Below are positions 29,302 to 40,012 of a DNA stretch of 64,000 bases, piece after piece. The stretch covers positions 136,558 through 200,557 of the forward strand of contig JBIIBC010000004.1 of assembly GCA_044239605.1 (NCBI GenBank), read 5' to 3'. Position 1 is the first letter of the stretch. Each line of letters starts with the position of its first letter. The position numbers and the translations under genes were made by a program. Under the pieces are notes generated by a model. That model saw only the letters and a program-made list of their open reading frames with translations, did no database searches and was not told the origin of the DNA. The DNA comes from Bacteroidia bacterium. Its GTDB lineage: Bacteria; Bacteroidota; Bacteroidia; UKL13-3.

Positions 29302-32025
29302 ATGGCAGAAGACAGAATTATACCCATTAACATTGAAGATGAAATGAAAACCGCTTACATCGATTATTCGATGTCGGTTATTGTTAGCCGCGCATTACCT
29401 GATGTGCGCGATGGATTAAAACCAGTACACCGCAGGGTTTTGTACGGAATGACCGATTTAGGTTTAGCCTCTAATCGTCCGCATAAAAAATCAGCGCGTA
29501 TTGTGGGTGAGGTTTTAGGTAAGTACCATCCACATGGTGATTCATCGGTTTACGATACCATGGTGCGTATGGCTCAAGATTGGAGTATGCGTTACACTTT
29601 AGTGGATGGTCAAGGTAACTTTGGTTCGGTAGATGGAGATCCACCTGCTGCCATGCGTTATACTGAAGCACGCTTAAAGAAAATAGCTGAAGAGCTTTTG
29701 AATGATATTGAAAAAGATACGGTTGATTTCCGTCCAAACTTTGATGATAGTTTGCAAGAGCCAACTGTATTGCCAGCTAAAATTCCTCATTTATTAGTAA
29801 ATGGTGCATCAGGAATTGCGGTTGGTATGGCCACTAATATGGCTCCTCATAATTTAACTGAGGTAATCAATGGAATTATAGCCTATATTGATAACAGGGA
29901 AATTACTATTCCTGAGTTAATGAAGTTTATTAAAGCACCAGATTTTCCTACAGGTGGTATAATTTACGGTTACGAAGGTGTTAAAGATGCTTTTGAAACT
30001 GGCCGTGGTAGAATTGTAATGCGTGCTAAAGCGGTTTTTGAAACCAGTAAAACGGGTAAAGACCAAATAGTAGTTAATGAAATTCCTTATCAAGTAAATA
30101 AATCAACTTTAATTAAACAAACAGCTGATTTAGTTAACGAAAAAGTAATTGAAGGCATTAGCGATGTGCGCGATGAAAGTGATAGAGATGGAATGCGTAT
30201 TGTTTACGATTTAAAACGTGATGCAGTTCCAAATGTAGTTTTAAATAAATTATTTAAATTTACTCAGTTACAAACTTCGTTTAGTGTAAATAATGTTTGT
30301 TTGGTAAAAGGTCGTCCTGAAATGCTAAACCTAAAAGGTTTAATTGAGCATTTTGTGGCACACAGACACGATGTGGTTGTTCGTAGAACACAATACGAAT
30401 TAGCTGAAGCTGAAAAACGTGCACATATTTTAGAAGGTTTATTAATTGCTTTAGATCATTTAGACCAAGTAATTAAATTAATTCGTGATTCGCAAACTCC
30501 TGATGAAGCTAAAAATGGTTTAATTGAAACATTTAAGCTTTCTGAAATTCAAGCAAAAGCTATTTTAGATATGCGTTTGCAACGTTTAACAGGACTTGAA
30601 CGCGATAAAATAAAAGCTGAGTACGATGAGTTGATGAAAACCATTGCTCATTTAAACGAAATTTTGAATAACGAAACTTTACGTTACCAAATTATAAAAG
30701 ATGAACTAGCTGAAATGCGCGATAAATATGGCGATGACAGACGTAGTGTAATTGAAATGGTAGGTAACGAAATGAGTATGGAAGACCTAATTCCAGATGA
30801 AGAAGTGGTAATTACTATTTCGCATTTGGGTTATGTTAAACGTACTTCGTTAAGCGAATACCGCACCCAAGCCCGCGGTGGACGTGGAAGTAGGGGAGTA
30901 GCAAAGAGACAAGAAGATTTTGTGGAGCACATTTTTATGGCTACTAACCACAATTATTTATTGTTGTTTACCGAGCAAGGTCGTTGTTTCTGGTTACGTG
31001 TTTACGAAATTCCAGAAGGCGAAAAAGCTACCAAAGGACGTGCTATTCAAAATTTAATTAATATTCCGGTTGACGATAAGGTAAAAGCATTCTTAAATGT
31101 GAAGAGCTTAAGCGATCCTGATTACATCAATCAAATGAATGTAATTATGGTTACTCAACAAGGTACTATTAAGAAAACTACTTTAGAGGCTTATAGTCGC
31201 CCAAGGGCAAATGGTATCAACTCAATGAATGTGCGCGAAGGCGATCATTTAGTAGAAGCCAGATTAACCAATGGTACTTGCGAAATTATTATTGCGAGTA
31301 GAGAAGGAAAAGCCATTCGTTTCAATGAAAGTACAGTTCGCCCAATGGGAAGAAGTGCTACTGGAGTAAGAGCTATTCGTTTAGCTGATGGTGATGAAGT
31401 AATTGGAATGGTTTCGATTGAAGATCCAAAAGTAACCAATGTGTTGGTAGTTTCTGAAAACGGAATGGGTAAACGCAGCGAAGTAGAAGATTACCGTATT
31501 ACTAACCGTGGTGGAAAAGGTGTAATGGCTATGAATGTTACCGATAAAACAGGTAAATTGGTTGCTATTAAAGATGTAGATGATACCATGGATGTTATGA
31601 TTATTAACAAAAGCGGTATTACCATACGTTTGAGCATGAAAGATTTACGTGTATTAGGACGTGTAACACAAGGTGTACGCTTAATTAATATTGGAGATAA
31701 AGATGAAATAGCATCGGTAGCTAAAATTAACTACATACCAGGTGATGAAGAGGAATTAGATGAAAATGGAAACCCTATTGTAACTGTAGAGTTAGATGAA
31801 AACGGAAATCCAATTGCTCCTATAGTGTTAGATGAAAATGGAAATCCTATAGCTGTTATTCCACCAAGCGAAGGTTCAGAGTTATTGAATACTATTATTG
31901 ATAGAGCCATGGATGATGCTGAAATAAATCCAATATCTTCAGATGATCAATTAGAGAAAGAAGAAGATGAATTGGCTAAAGAGGAAGACGAAGATTTAGG
32001 TGATGGTGTTCCTCCGGTAGAGTAA
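29302..32025 (+). CDS. gyrA: DNA gyrase subunit A
   Basis: 907 aa. Canonical N-terminus ([38 protein letters not shown]), the active-site region ([10 protein letters not shown]), and C-terminal beta-pinwheel repeats. A C-terminal extension follows, with 3 tandem LDENGNPI repeats and an acidic tail. Confidence 0.9.
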   Translation: MAEDRIIPINIEDEMKTAYIDYSMSVIVSRALPDVRDGLKPVHRRVLYGMTDLGLASNRPHKKSARIVGEVLGKYHPHGDSSVYDTMVRMAQDWSMRYTLVDGQGNFGSVDGDPPAAMRYTEARLKKIAEELLNDIEKDTVDFRPNFDDSLQEPTVLPAKIPHLLVNGASGIAVGMATNMAPHNLTEVINGIIAYIDNREITIPELMKFIKAPDFPTGGIIYGYEGVKDAFETGRGRIVMRAKAVFETSKTGKDQIVVNEIPYQVNKSTLIKQTADLVNEKVIEGISDVRDESDRDGMRIVYDLKRDAVPNVVLNKLFKFTQLQTSFSVNNVCLVKGRPEMLNLKGLIEHFVAHRHDVVVRRTQYELAEAEKRAHILEGLLIALDHLDQVIKLIRDSQTPDEAKNGLIETFKLSEIQAKAILDMRLQRLTGLERDKIKAEYDELMKTIAHLNEILNNETLRYQIIKDELAEMRDKYGDDRRSVIEMVGNEMSMEDLIPDEEVVITISHLGYVKRTSLSEYRTQARGGRGSRGVAKRQEDFVEHIFMATNHNYLLLFTEQGRCFWLRVYEIPEGEKATKGRAIQNLINIPVDDKVKAFLNVKSLSDPDYINQMNVIMVTQQGTIKKTTLEAYSRPRANGINSMNVREGDHLVEARLTNGTCEIIIASREGKAIRFNESTVRPMGRSATGVRAIRLADGDEVIGMVSIEDPKVTNVLVVSENGMGKRSEVEDYRITNRGGKGVMAMNVTDKTGKLVAIKDVDDTMDVMIINKSGITIRLSMKDLRVLGRVTQGVRLINIGDKDEIASVAKINYIPGDEEELDENGNPIVTVELDENGNPIAPIVLDENGNPIAVIPPSEGSELLNTIIDRAMDDAEINPISSDDQLEKEEDELAKEEDEDLGDGVPPVE

Positions 32026-32053
32026 CTAAATTAGCCTTTGGCAATAAAAAAAC

Positions 32054-32086
32054 AACCTCCAAGTTTAAAAGCTTGGAGGTTTTTTT
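32054..32086 (+). terminator. Rho-independent terminator after gyrA
   Basis: Hairpin aacctccaag-tttaaaag-cttggaggtt followed by a T-run. Confidence 0.55.
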
Positions 32087-32164
32087 ATAGGGAAAATTTG
32101 GGTTAGTACTTATATTTTTAAATACCAAAATTCATCATGCAGAAGGCATCTTCTTTTTTCCGCT

Positions 32165-32187
32165 GATTTGGATTTGCAATCCAAATC
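32165..32187. repeat. Palindromic element gatttggatt-tgca-aatccaaatc sharing the 13-mer GGATTTGCAATCC with the terminator at 21949
   Basis: 23-bp perfect palindrome with no canonical U-tract in either orientation. The identical 13-nt core occurs at 21950-21962. Confidence 0.5.
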
Positions 32188-32278
32188 AATTGGTGGAAAA
32201 ATTTTAATTCGCTTTTATTGGTATTGGTTTTATTAATAACAAAGACCAATCATGCCTGATTTTTATTAAAACGAAAAA

Positions 32279-34624
32279 TTAATAGTAATAATTTCTATTC
32301 CAATAGCTTTGCTTGGCAATTCTATTTCCTTTACTAACAAAGTTATTGGTGTAGTCGTAATACATATCGCAATTGGTATAAACCAATAGTAAATTATCAA
32401 ATTCTTTGGTGTTGTTACACAAGGATTTTATAGTACCTAACTCTTCATCAAACGATGGATCTTTATCAATATTTTTTATAAATGCTATGTTTATTTGAAT
32501 CAAAACTTTTAGCTTTTCATCTTTTACATATTGCAATGCTTTTTTGTAAAAAGGCAAGGCCCAATCGCCATAAACATAATGATGGTTAATTAATTTGGCA
32601 TATTCTTTATTTTCTACACTACTCGAAATATAATTACTCATCATGGGCCAAGCATTTCCATGCAAGGTCATATTCATGTAGGCATTGCCAACATAAAAAT
32701 TAACCAAAGCATTATTGGGTTCTCTAAGTAATTGCTGTTTGTATTTTATCAATTGTGCTAAAAAAGTTTTTTTATTATAAATAAATTCATCAGCGTGTTT
32801 GTACCTAAACATAAACACATCATCTCTTACATAACTAAAAGGTTCAGTGTTTAAAATGCTATCGCTTAAGCAGGCATAAACTTGGTAAGCTTCTGCCAAT
32901 TTATTTTGACTCATCAGTTTCAATCCTTTGTAGTCAATCAATCTGAGTGTATCAATAGGAACTCTCTGTTCTGTATCATCGAAATAATCATAATAAACTC
33001 CTTGTGTAATCATTATTTCAAAATCGGTTTTATTTTGTTTGCGAATAATGGCCAATATTTCATCAATATCATTCACACTTGCATCTTTATATATTTCAGA
33101 TAAATAGTAATATTCCTTCGACTTTATTAAATCATTTTGTGTATTTAATAAAAATCCTTTGGCACGATAGGCTGGTTTTGTTTTAAAAAATTCAGCAACC
33201 GTTCTAGTTAATTGTTGCACATAATATTGTCCAGCATCTAATTTATTATTTTGCTTAATTTCAGCTAACAAATTCAATAAATTTGGTTCGAAATTTTTGT
33301 TAATTTCTTTGGTGTGTAAATCTAATAAAAACAAAATAACCTTTGCTTGCAGCGCATATTTATTCTCTTTATAGGTGCTCAAATCTTTTAAATAACTGTT
33401 AGCCGAAGAAAAACTTCCTCGTAAAATATCGATATATGAAATGGCGAGAGATAGGAATAATTTATCATCATCTTTGGTAGTTTTTTGATCGTACACTTGC
33501 TTTAAAAACTGATTCACATTTCCTGCATACGCCAAATCATTTTTGTAATTCACCACAAAATGTTTTTCGCTTTCATCGTACCAAAATTCATCGTTAAAGT
33601 TCATTCCACTAATTTGTTTACTCCAAAGCCAATTTTCTAATTTATTAACCTCGCGAGTAACTAAAAATTTAAAGTCTCTATTGGTAGGTTGAAGGTTGTA
33701 AATTGTTTTTATTTCGTTTAAACAAGGACCAGGATTTCTGAACATTTGAAGCGCTAAACAAGTAGCTTTTTCAATAGGATTATTACTTTGCTTAAACTTA
33801 GTTTGCAAATAGGTTTTAGGCAATAAATCAGCCATTCTTGCCCTTTTGTCTTTAGCATTTATATATACTTCCAACATCTCATCTTCACTTTGCAGTAATG
33901 CATAATAATGTTTAGCCGAATAATACATCCAATCTTTATTTCCTTTTTCAAATTCGTATTCAAAAAGTTGAATTAATTTGTTTTTAGCGTTGGTTTTTAA
34001 AGAGTCTTTTTCAACTTTCCATAACTCATAATATTGTAACGAAATAAGTTTATAAGCGTACCTTCTTTTCAAGAATGAATCAGCAGTTTTATGGTATAAT
34101 TCTTCTAGTTTTTCCTTTAAATGCTGATCTTTATAAGTAATGGCCTCATTGTAATTCCAGTTGTTAAACAAATTTCTTTCACCAATATCAAAATTTACAT
34201 CTTTTAGTAATTGTAAATAATTAAATATTTCAGGAAATTTGGTTTTTGCGGTGTGTAAAAAACGATTATTTAAATCCCAAGCTGCTTTGCTTTTCCAATA
34301 ATTTTCAGGCTTTAATTCGTACAAAAAACTAATCACATCCTTATCGGTAATGTTTTTATCATTCAGTTTTTGCTTCCATTCTTGCACATTCAATTCATCC
34401 GCTTCCGACAAAACAATGTTTTCGTTATCAGTGCTGTAAGTGTAGTGTTCAAGGTCGTATTGAAAGTTAATGAGTTCATTAAAAGGTAAAATATCGCTAA
34501 AAAAATGACTTACACGAATGCTATTTGCACCACCATTAAATTCAGCGCAATTAAAAGCAGTTTTTATTGGAAAAACAGCAAAAAAACTACTCAGTAATAT
34601 GATAAATACTTTTTGCAAATTCAT
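32279..34624 (-). CDS. Hypothetical large secreted protein
   Basis: 781 aa with N-terminal signal peptide (IILLSSFFAVFPIKTA). Rich in Tyr, Lys, Asn and Leu, probably mostly alpha-helical, no recognisable family. Its start overlaps the upstream ORF by 38 nt, suggesting an operon. Confidence 0.5.
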   Translation of the reverse strand: MNLQKVFIILLSSFFAVFPIKTAFNCAEFNGGANSIRVSHFFSDILPFNELINFQYDLEHYTYSTDNENIVLSEADELNVQEWKQKLNDKNITDKDVISFLYELKPENYWKSKAAWDLNNRFLHTAKTKFPEIFNYLQLLKDVNFDIGERNLFNNWNYNEAITYKDQHLKEKLEELYHKTADSFLKRRYAYKLISLQYYELWKVEKDSLKTNAKNKLIQLFEYEFEKGNKDWMYYSAKHYYALLQSEDEMLEVYINAKDKRARMADLLPKTYLQTKFKQSNNPIEKATCLALQMFRNPGPCLNEIKTIYNLQPTNRDFKFLVTREVNKLENWLWSKQISGMNFNDEFWYDESEKHFVVNYKNDLAYAGNVNQFLKQVYDQKTTKDDDKLFLSLAISYIDILRGSFSSANSYLKDLSTYKENKYALQAKVILFLLDLHTKEINKNFEPNLLNLLAEIKQNNKLDAGQYYVQQLTRTVAEFFKTKPAYRAKGFLLNTQNDLIKSKEYYYLSEIYKDASVNDIDEILAIIRKQNKTDFEIMITQGVYYDYFDDTEQRVPIDTLRLIDYKGLKLMSQNKLAEAYQVYACLSDSILNTEPFSYVRDDVFMFRYKHADEFIYNKKTFLAQLIKYKQQLLREPNNALVNFYVGNAYMNMTLHGNAWPMMSNYISSSVENKEYAKLINHHYVYGDWALPFYKKALQYVKDEKLKVLIQINIAFIKNIDKDPSFDEELGTIKSLCNNTKEFDNLLLVYTNCDMYYDYTNNFVSKGNRIAKQSYWNRNYYY

Positions 34625-35663
34625 GATGAACGATTGATTTTGTTTTGTCTGACAAACTAAAAATTGAAACTGTATATTGATCTGTGTTTTTAAATTTTGC
34701 TATTAAATCATTGGCTTCTTGCATTGATTTTGCATCAATATCTTCTACTTTTATTTCATTACCTTTTCTAATATAAAAGTCTTCCAAAACAGTATCCGAT
34801 TTACTTTCAAAAATGATTTTACTTTTTTGGTTGCAAAAAGTCAAAGCATTTTTAGCATCAAAATTACGGAGCAAACCAACAAAAACTTTATTGGCATAAA
34901 TAACGCTCCACGAGAACGAAGGAAGAATAAAATCGAGTGGAAGTTTGTACTTTTCTGTGCTTACATATTTTAAAGCTTCTTCTTTGTCAAAAATAGAATT
35001 TTGCTCACTATAATTCTTTGGTGAGTTAAAATTATACAACATCAATGCGCCTCTGTCGGCTGGAGGAATACCCGTTTTATCAGGATATTTATACTGGAAA
35101 AGTCGGATGGTAACCGATTGAATATGTTTGGGTAGTTTTTGCTTTAACAAGTTCAAAAACATAAAGTATTTATCTTTAGTTCCAGCCGACCAATCGCAAT
35201 CAATTTGATATTCCAAAAAGGAGGTATCAATTTTAGCAGCCAAACGTTCCGAAAGTTCTTTGAGTTCTGCTTCATTGGCATTTTCAAAAACTGTATTGGT
35301 AATAAAAATGCATGGAATAAATTGATGGTACAACCTAATTGCAACATCATTAGGTGCTTCGTTCACGCCATTTATTGGGAATATTCCTTGTGCATTGTTC
35401 CAATCTATATCGTATTGTTTGAAATAAATTTTCGAAATTTGATTGGTTTTAAGCCAAGGTAAATACGATTCGAAATTACTGTTATAACGAGTCATATCTC
35501 CATTCCACCAATACACACTATTTGTTATAGATGCTTTGTTTTTATCTAAATTACAGGCAATAAATAGCCCTAAAACAATAATTACAAACAGTAATTTTGA
35601 TTGGAAATGGGGTTTCATGAAATAGTTGGGGTTTTTGTAACAAACTAAACAAACTTTTTGCAA
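34587..35663 (-). CDS. Hypothetical lipoprotein or secreted protein
   Basis: 358 aa. Signal peptide with a lipobox-like LFIAC, no recognisable domain. Co-directional and overlapping with the 781-aa gene. Confidence 0.5.
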   Translation of the reverse strand: MQKVCLVCYKNPNYFMKPHFQSKLLFVIIVLGLFIACNLDKNKASITNSVYWWNGDMTRYNSNFESYLPWLKTNQISKIYFKQYDIDWNNAQGIFPINGVNEAPNDVAIRLYHQFIPCIFITNTVFENANEAELKELSERLAAKIDTSFLEYQIDCDWSAGTKDKYFMFLNLLKQKLPKHIQSVTIRLFQYKYPDKTGIPPADRGALMLYNFNSPKNYSEQNSIFDKEEALKYVSTEKYKLPLDFILPSFSWSVIYANKVFVGLLRNFDAKNALTFCNQKSKIIFESKSDTVLEDFYIRKGNEIKVEDIDAKSMQEANDLIAKFKNTDQYTVSIFSLSDKTKSIVHHEFAKSIYHITE

Positions 35664-35998
35664 GATTTTGAAACAAAATCATTTGAAATTTAGCCTAAGT
35701 TTATTTCATTACCAACTGAATTGGAACGACTAGAGTGCAACGGAATCAATAAACAACAAACCACTGAAATAAATATAAATCCTTCAATTTTTTAAACTTG
35801 GAAGATTTTTTATTAGTTCAATGTGATTTATGATTTTGTTAAAAATTAAAATATAACTCATGCAATTTATATTAACCTTATTTTTTATTCAATTGTTTTT
35901 TGTGAATTTTGTCAATTAATAAAAATAATAAAAAATTAGAAGAGGTTTTTAAAGAATAACATTTTAAAATATAAATATTAGTAAATTTACAATTGTGT

Positions 35999-38860
35999 TC
36001 ACATATTAGTAAGTTGAGGAAAGTAAATTTTAAAAGTAGTGCCTACATTTACTTCGCTTTCAACCTCAATTTTCCCATTCATCGCTTCAATTTGGTTTTT
36101 GGTAATAAATAATCCAATACCACGTGAGTTTGGATTATTATGAAACGTTTTATACATGCCAAAAATTTTATCTTTAAATTTTTTCAAATCAAGGCCTAAT
36201 CCATTGTCTTTTACTAAAAGTACTAGATAATTTCCTTCTGATTGTGTTGAAATTTCAATGGTTGGCTGCCTTTCAGGTGAGCGATATTTTATTGCATTTG
36301 TTATTAAATTCAACAAAATACTATCAAGATAGGCAGGAATTACTTCTAAGTTTATTTCATCAATAACTTTGTTTTCAATAGTTACTTGCGATTCTAAAAT
36401 TACATCTTGCACCACCAAGAAAGTTCTTTCAATTTCAGTTTTCAAATTGAGTTTTACTTTAGCCTGGTTTAAGTTATTTTGAATAGAAATTATTTCATTT
36501 AAATTTTGAATTGTTTCTTCTAATTTATCTGTACTAGTCTTGAGCATTTTAAATAAACTTTGTTTATCATTAACATCATCAGTATTTTCTATTAAATTAA
36601 TTAATCCAGTTAAATTTGCAGAATGTGAACGTATGTTATGTGAAACAATGTACGTAAAATTTAAGAGTCGTTTATTTTGGTCTGCAGTCACATCTGTTAG
36701 TGCTTGCAACTGCTCTTGTTTTTCCATGCGTTCAGTTACATCCTTCTTAACATCGATAAAGTTAGTACAAACACCATTTTCATCAAATACTGGTGTAACA
36801 GAAATATCAAACCAAATTGGTTTACCACTTTTAGTGTAGTTTAAAAGTGTTGCATTAATGGCTTCAAATACTTTGGTAGATTCCATCATTTCATGAACAG
36901 CTTCCCAATTAGTTTTTGGTCCTGTTAATAAATCTTTTTGCTCTTTTCCAATTACTTCTTCTAATGAGTATTCAGTCATTCTTTCAAAAGCATTATTCAC
37001 CCAACTTATTTTAGCATTTGAATCGGTAATAATAACGGCATCAGTTGTTTTTGAAGCAACCAAAGCTAGTTCCTTTAGTTTTAAATCAATTTGTTTTTGT
37101 AAAGTAATGTCTTGTAAAGTGCCAAACACTTTAATACACTCACCATTTTCAAAAAGTGACTTTCCAATTGCTCTAACCCATTTATGATTTCCTTTAGCAG
37201 TAATCAGTTCTAATTCTTTATCATACTCTTTACCATCGGTAACAGCTTGATTAAAAAATTCAGTTATTTTTATGCGACTTGGGCCTTTTTTAAAATAGCG
37301 GAGAATAGAATAGATATTGGGTTTAAAATCATTTTTATCTAGGTCGTACATTTCGTAAATAAGATCGGTCCAAATTACTTCTTTGGTATTCATATTTACT
37401 TCCCAACCACCTACTTTAGCTAAAAAACTAGTTTGTTCGAGCATGCTATTTAGTTGCTCAAATTCTATTCTATTCTTTTTTTGCTCTGTTATATCACGAG
37501 TAACAATAATGTCCTTTATGTTTTTGCCCTTTTCATTATAAAAAAAACTAAAAGTATCTTCTCTCCAAATATAGCTACCATTTTTATGCATAAAACGGTA
37601 TTCATATACTAAGTTTTCACTTTTTTTATTTATCGAATCTTTAATAGTTTCCAACAGTTTTTGTCTGTCATCTGGGTGTATTAAGTTAAGAATTTCTTTT
37701 TCTGATCTACCATAATGCTCTTCTTCAGTATATCCAAACATGTCAATGTAAGATTTTGAAACATACGTAACCTTTTTTGTATCTAAAACTACTATACCAT
37801 CAGAAGTGTTTTCACTTATAAACCTAAATTTTTCTTCACTTGCTAAAAGTTTTTCTTCTTCTAATTTTCTATCTGTAATATCTTTATTATAACCATACCA
37901 AACCACAGAGCCATCAGCTTGATTCTCTGGTTTTGCTAAAATAAGTATATGTTTTAATATACCACTTGGTGTGGTAATTTTGTGTTCGTTTGTAAAATAA
38001 GAAATTTTATTAAAGGAATTTCTAATGTCATTATCAAACTGATTAATTGTGTCTTTAGTTATCATATTATATAAAATATAACCATCAGCATATACTTGCT
38101 CGGGTGTAACTTCATAAATACTTTTTACTGCTCCACTAATATAACTATATTCTAAATCGCCTTTTTTTGTTAATTTGAATTGATAACTAACACCAGGTAA
38201 ATTTTCGGCTAACTTGTTAAAAAACTCCTTACTTTCAATTAGTTCTTGTCTTGAATTTTCTAACTCAGCATTTTTTAACTGAACCAATTTCCTTTCTTCA
38301 TTGTAACTTCTTTTAACACTGTTAACTAAAATTTTAAGCATTGCCATTGCTAAAATACAACCAAAAGTTACATCTAAAAATCTATCAAATCTATTTGGAT
38401 ATGTTTGTAAAATATATTCCGGTTTATGGTATTCAATAATATGTAAAAGCACTACTATAGTAATTGACCATGCAAAAAACTTGTTTTGGTTTTTTAACTG
38501 GATAATAAATGATGAAATAAAGTATAGTACAAATATTAATAAAGTAGTACTGCCAAGAGACCCCGAGTTATAAAACCATAGAAAAATACAATAAACAAAA
38601 AATGAAATAACTACACTAACATTGGTTATTTTAATATTAGGTTTTTTCTTTAGTGTGTAATAAACAGCAAAATAAAATAGGGCGGCAATTGCTGTTACTA
38701 TGGCTGTAGAATATAATTTTACAATAATATTTGCTATAGTAGCCAATACCGACATGATAGCAGTGTTTAACGTTACTCGTTGTAAAATTTCAAATTCTAA
38801 TGAATCTTTTTTTTGCATAATCCTATTATATAAAATAGTGAATTGATAATTATTAATCAC
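35999..38860 (-). CDS. Multi-PAS sensor histidine kinase with an N-terminal polytopic membrane module and no receiver domain
   Basis: 953 aa. The N-terminal ~190 aa carry ~6 TM helices. At least three PAS/PAC-like segments follow. Then a HisKA region (…TYIVSHNIRSH) and HATPase_c (NLITNAIKY…DNGLGLD…GIGLFI…GTTFKIYFP). Confidence 0.75.
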   Translation of the reverse strand: MINNYQFTILYNRIMQKKDSLEFEILQRVTLNTAIMSVLATIANIIVKLYSTAIVTAIAALFYFAVYYTLKKKPNIKITNVSVVISFFVYCIFLWFYNSGSLGSTTLLIFVLYFISSFIIQLKNQNKFFAWSITIVVLLHIIEYHKPEYILQTYPNRFDRFLDVTFGCILAMAMLKILVNSVKRSYNEERKLVQLKNAELENSRQELIESKEFFNKLAENLPGVSYQFKLTKKGDLEYSYISGAVKSIYEVTPEQVYADGYILYNMITKDTINQFDNDIRNSFNKISYFTNEHKITTPSGILKHILILAKPENQADGSVVWYGYNKDITDRKLEEEKLLASEEKFRFISENTSDGIVVLDTKKVTYVSKSYIDMFGYTEEEHYGRSEKEILNLIHPDDRQKLLETIKDSINKKSENLVYEYRFMHKNGSYIWREDTFSFFYNEKGKNIKDIIVTRDITEQKKNRIEFEQLNSMLEQTSFLAKVGGWEVNMNTKEVIWTDLIYEMYDLDKNDFKPNIYSILRYFKKGPSRIKITEFFNQAVTDGKEYDKELELITAKGNHKWVRAIGKSLFENGECIKVFGTLQDITLQKQIDLKLKELALVASKTTDAVIITDSNAKISWVNNAFERMTEYSLEEVIGKEQKDLLTGPKTNWEAVHEMMESTKVFEAINATLLNYTKSGKPIWFDISVTPVFDENGVCTNFIDVKKDVTERMEKQEQLQALTDVTADQNKRLLNFTYIVSHNIRSHSANLTGLINLIENTDDVNDKQSLFKMLKTSTDKLEETIQNLNEIISIQNNLNQAKVKLNLKTEIERTFLVVQDVILESQVTIENKVIDEINLEVIPAYLDSILLNLITNAIKYRSPERQPTIEISTQSEGNYLVLLVKDNGLGLDLKKFKDKIFGMYKTFHNNPNSRGIGLFITKNQIEAMNGKIEVESEVNVGTTFKIYFPQLTNM

Positions 38861-39082
38861 TGTTTTACAATTGGCTAATTAAATATTTATTTGTTGTAAG
38901 AACAAAACAGATTTTTCAACTTTAAAAAAATAGTTGATTTTTTTGTCTTTTTGCGCAATTATTGGTAATACATTTGTTTTTTTGTACAAAACTAAAATCT
39001 TTCCACAAAAACTAAACCTTTCATAAAGTGTTTAGAAAATTTATTAGTAATTAGTATTATTGCGGGCTTTTAATAAAATATT

Positions 39083-39589
39083 ATGGGAATTAGTCAAATT
39101 ATATTTTACATGCTAGCAGCATTTACCTTGTTAAGTGCGCTGTTTGTAGTGTTTAGTAAAAATCCAATTTACAGCGTTTTGTGGCTTATTTTGTGTTTTT
39201 TTTCAATAGCAGGCCATTTTGTAATGTTAAATGCACAATTTTTAGCTGTGGTTCACATTATTGTTTATTCAGGCGCGATTATGGTTTTGTTTTTATTTAC
39301 CGTAATGCTTTTAAATTTAAATAGCGAAACAGAACCTCACAAGCCAACTTTATTAAAGTTTGCAGCAGTTCTCTCTGGAGGTGCATTATTTTTAATAATT
39401 ATTGCGGCAGTTCGTAGCACTATGCCAGCGCCATATGTTGCCCCTCAATTATCAGAAGTAGGTTATGTAAAAAATATAGGTATGAAATTGTATCGCGATT
39501 ATACCTTGCCTTTTGAAGTAGCATCAATATTATTTTTATCGGCCATGATTGGTTCGGTAGTTTTAGCTAAAAAAGAACGTTTTAATTAA
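39083..39589 (+). CDS. nuoJ: NADH-quinone oxidoreductase subunit J
   Basis: 168-aa membrane protein with the NuoJ/ND6-like pattern. It sits immediately before nuoK, nuoL, nuoM and nuoN. Confidence 0.8.
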   Translation: MGISQIIFYMLAAFTLLSALFVVFSKNPIYSVLWLILCFFSIAGHFVMLNAQFLAVVHIIVYSGAIMVLFLFTVMLLNLNSETEPHKPTLLKFAAVLSGGALFLIIIAAVRSTMPAPYVAPQLSEVGYVKNIGMKLYRDYTLPFEVASILFLSAMIGSVVLAKKERFN

Positions 39590-39590
39590 T

Positions 39591-39911
39591 ATGGAAAATA
39601 GCATTCAATCAGTTCCACAAAATTGGTATTTATTACTAAGTACTTTTATGTTTTGTATTGGAGTAATGGGCGTTTTATTTCGCAGAAATGCCATTATTAT
39701 ATTAATGTGTATAGAGCTAATGCTTAATGCAGTTAACTTGTTACTAGTAAGTTACAGTAGCTATGCTGGAAATGCTGAAGGACAAGTATTTGTGTTTTTT
39801 ATTATGGTGGTAGCTGCTGCTGAAGTTGCAGTTGGGTTAGCATTATTGGTTAGTATTTACCGGAATGTAGCCTCTACCGATATTGATATTTTAAATAGAA
39901 TGAAGTGGTAA
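39591..39911 (+). CDS. nuoK: NADH-quinone oxidoreductase subunit K
   Basis: 106 aa with 3 TM helices and a NuoK/ND4L-like sequence (…MCIELMLNAVNL…AAAEVAVGLALLV). Confidence 0.85.
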   Translation: MENSIQSVPQNWYLLLSTFMFCIGVMGVLFRRNAIIILMCIELMLNAVNLLLVSYSSYAGNAEGQVFVFFIMVVAAAEVAVGLALLVSIYRNVASTDIDILNRMKW

Positions 39912-40012
39912 GAACCAAATTCGAAATTGAGAATTATAAATTCGAAAATAGTTTTAACTAAATAACAAATTAACAAACTAAGTACTTCGAACTTAAAACT
40001 AAGAACTTAAAA

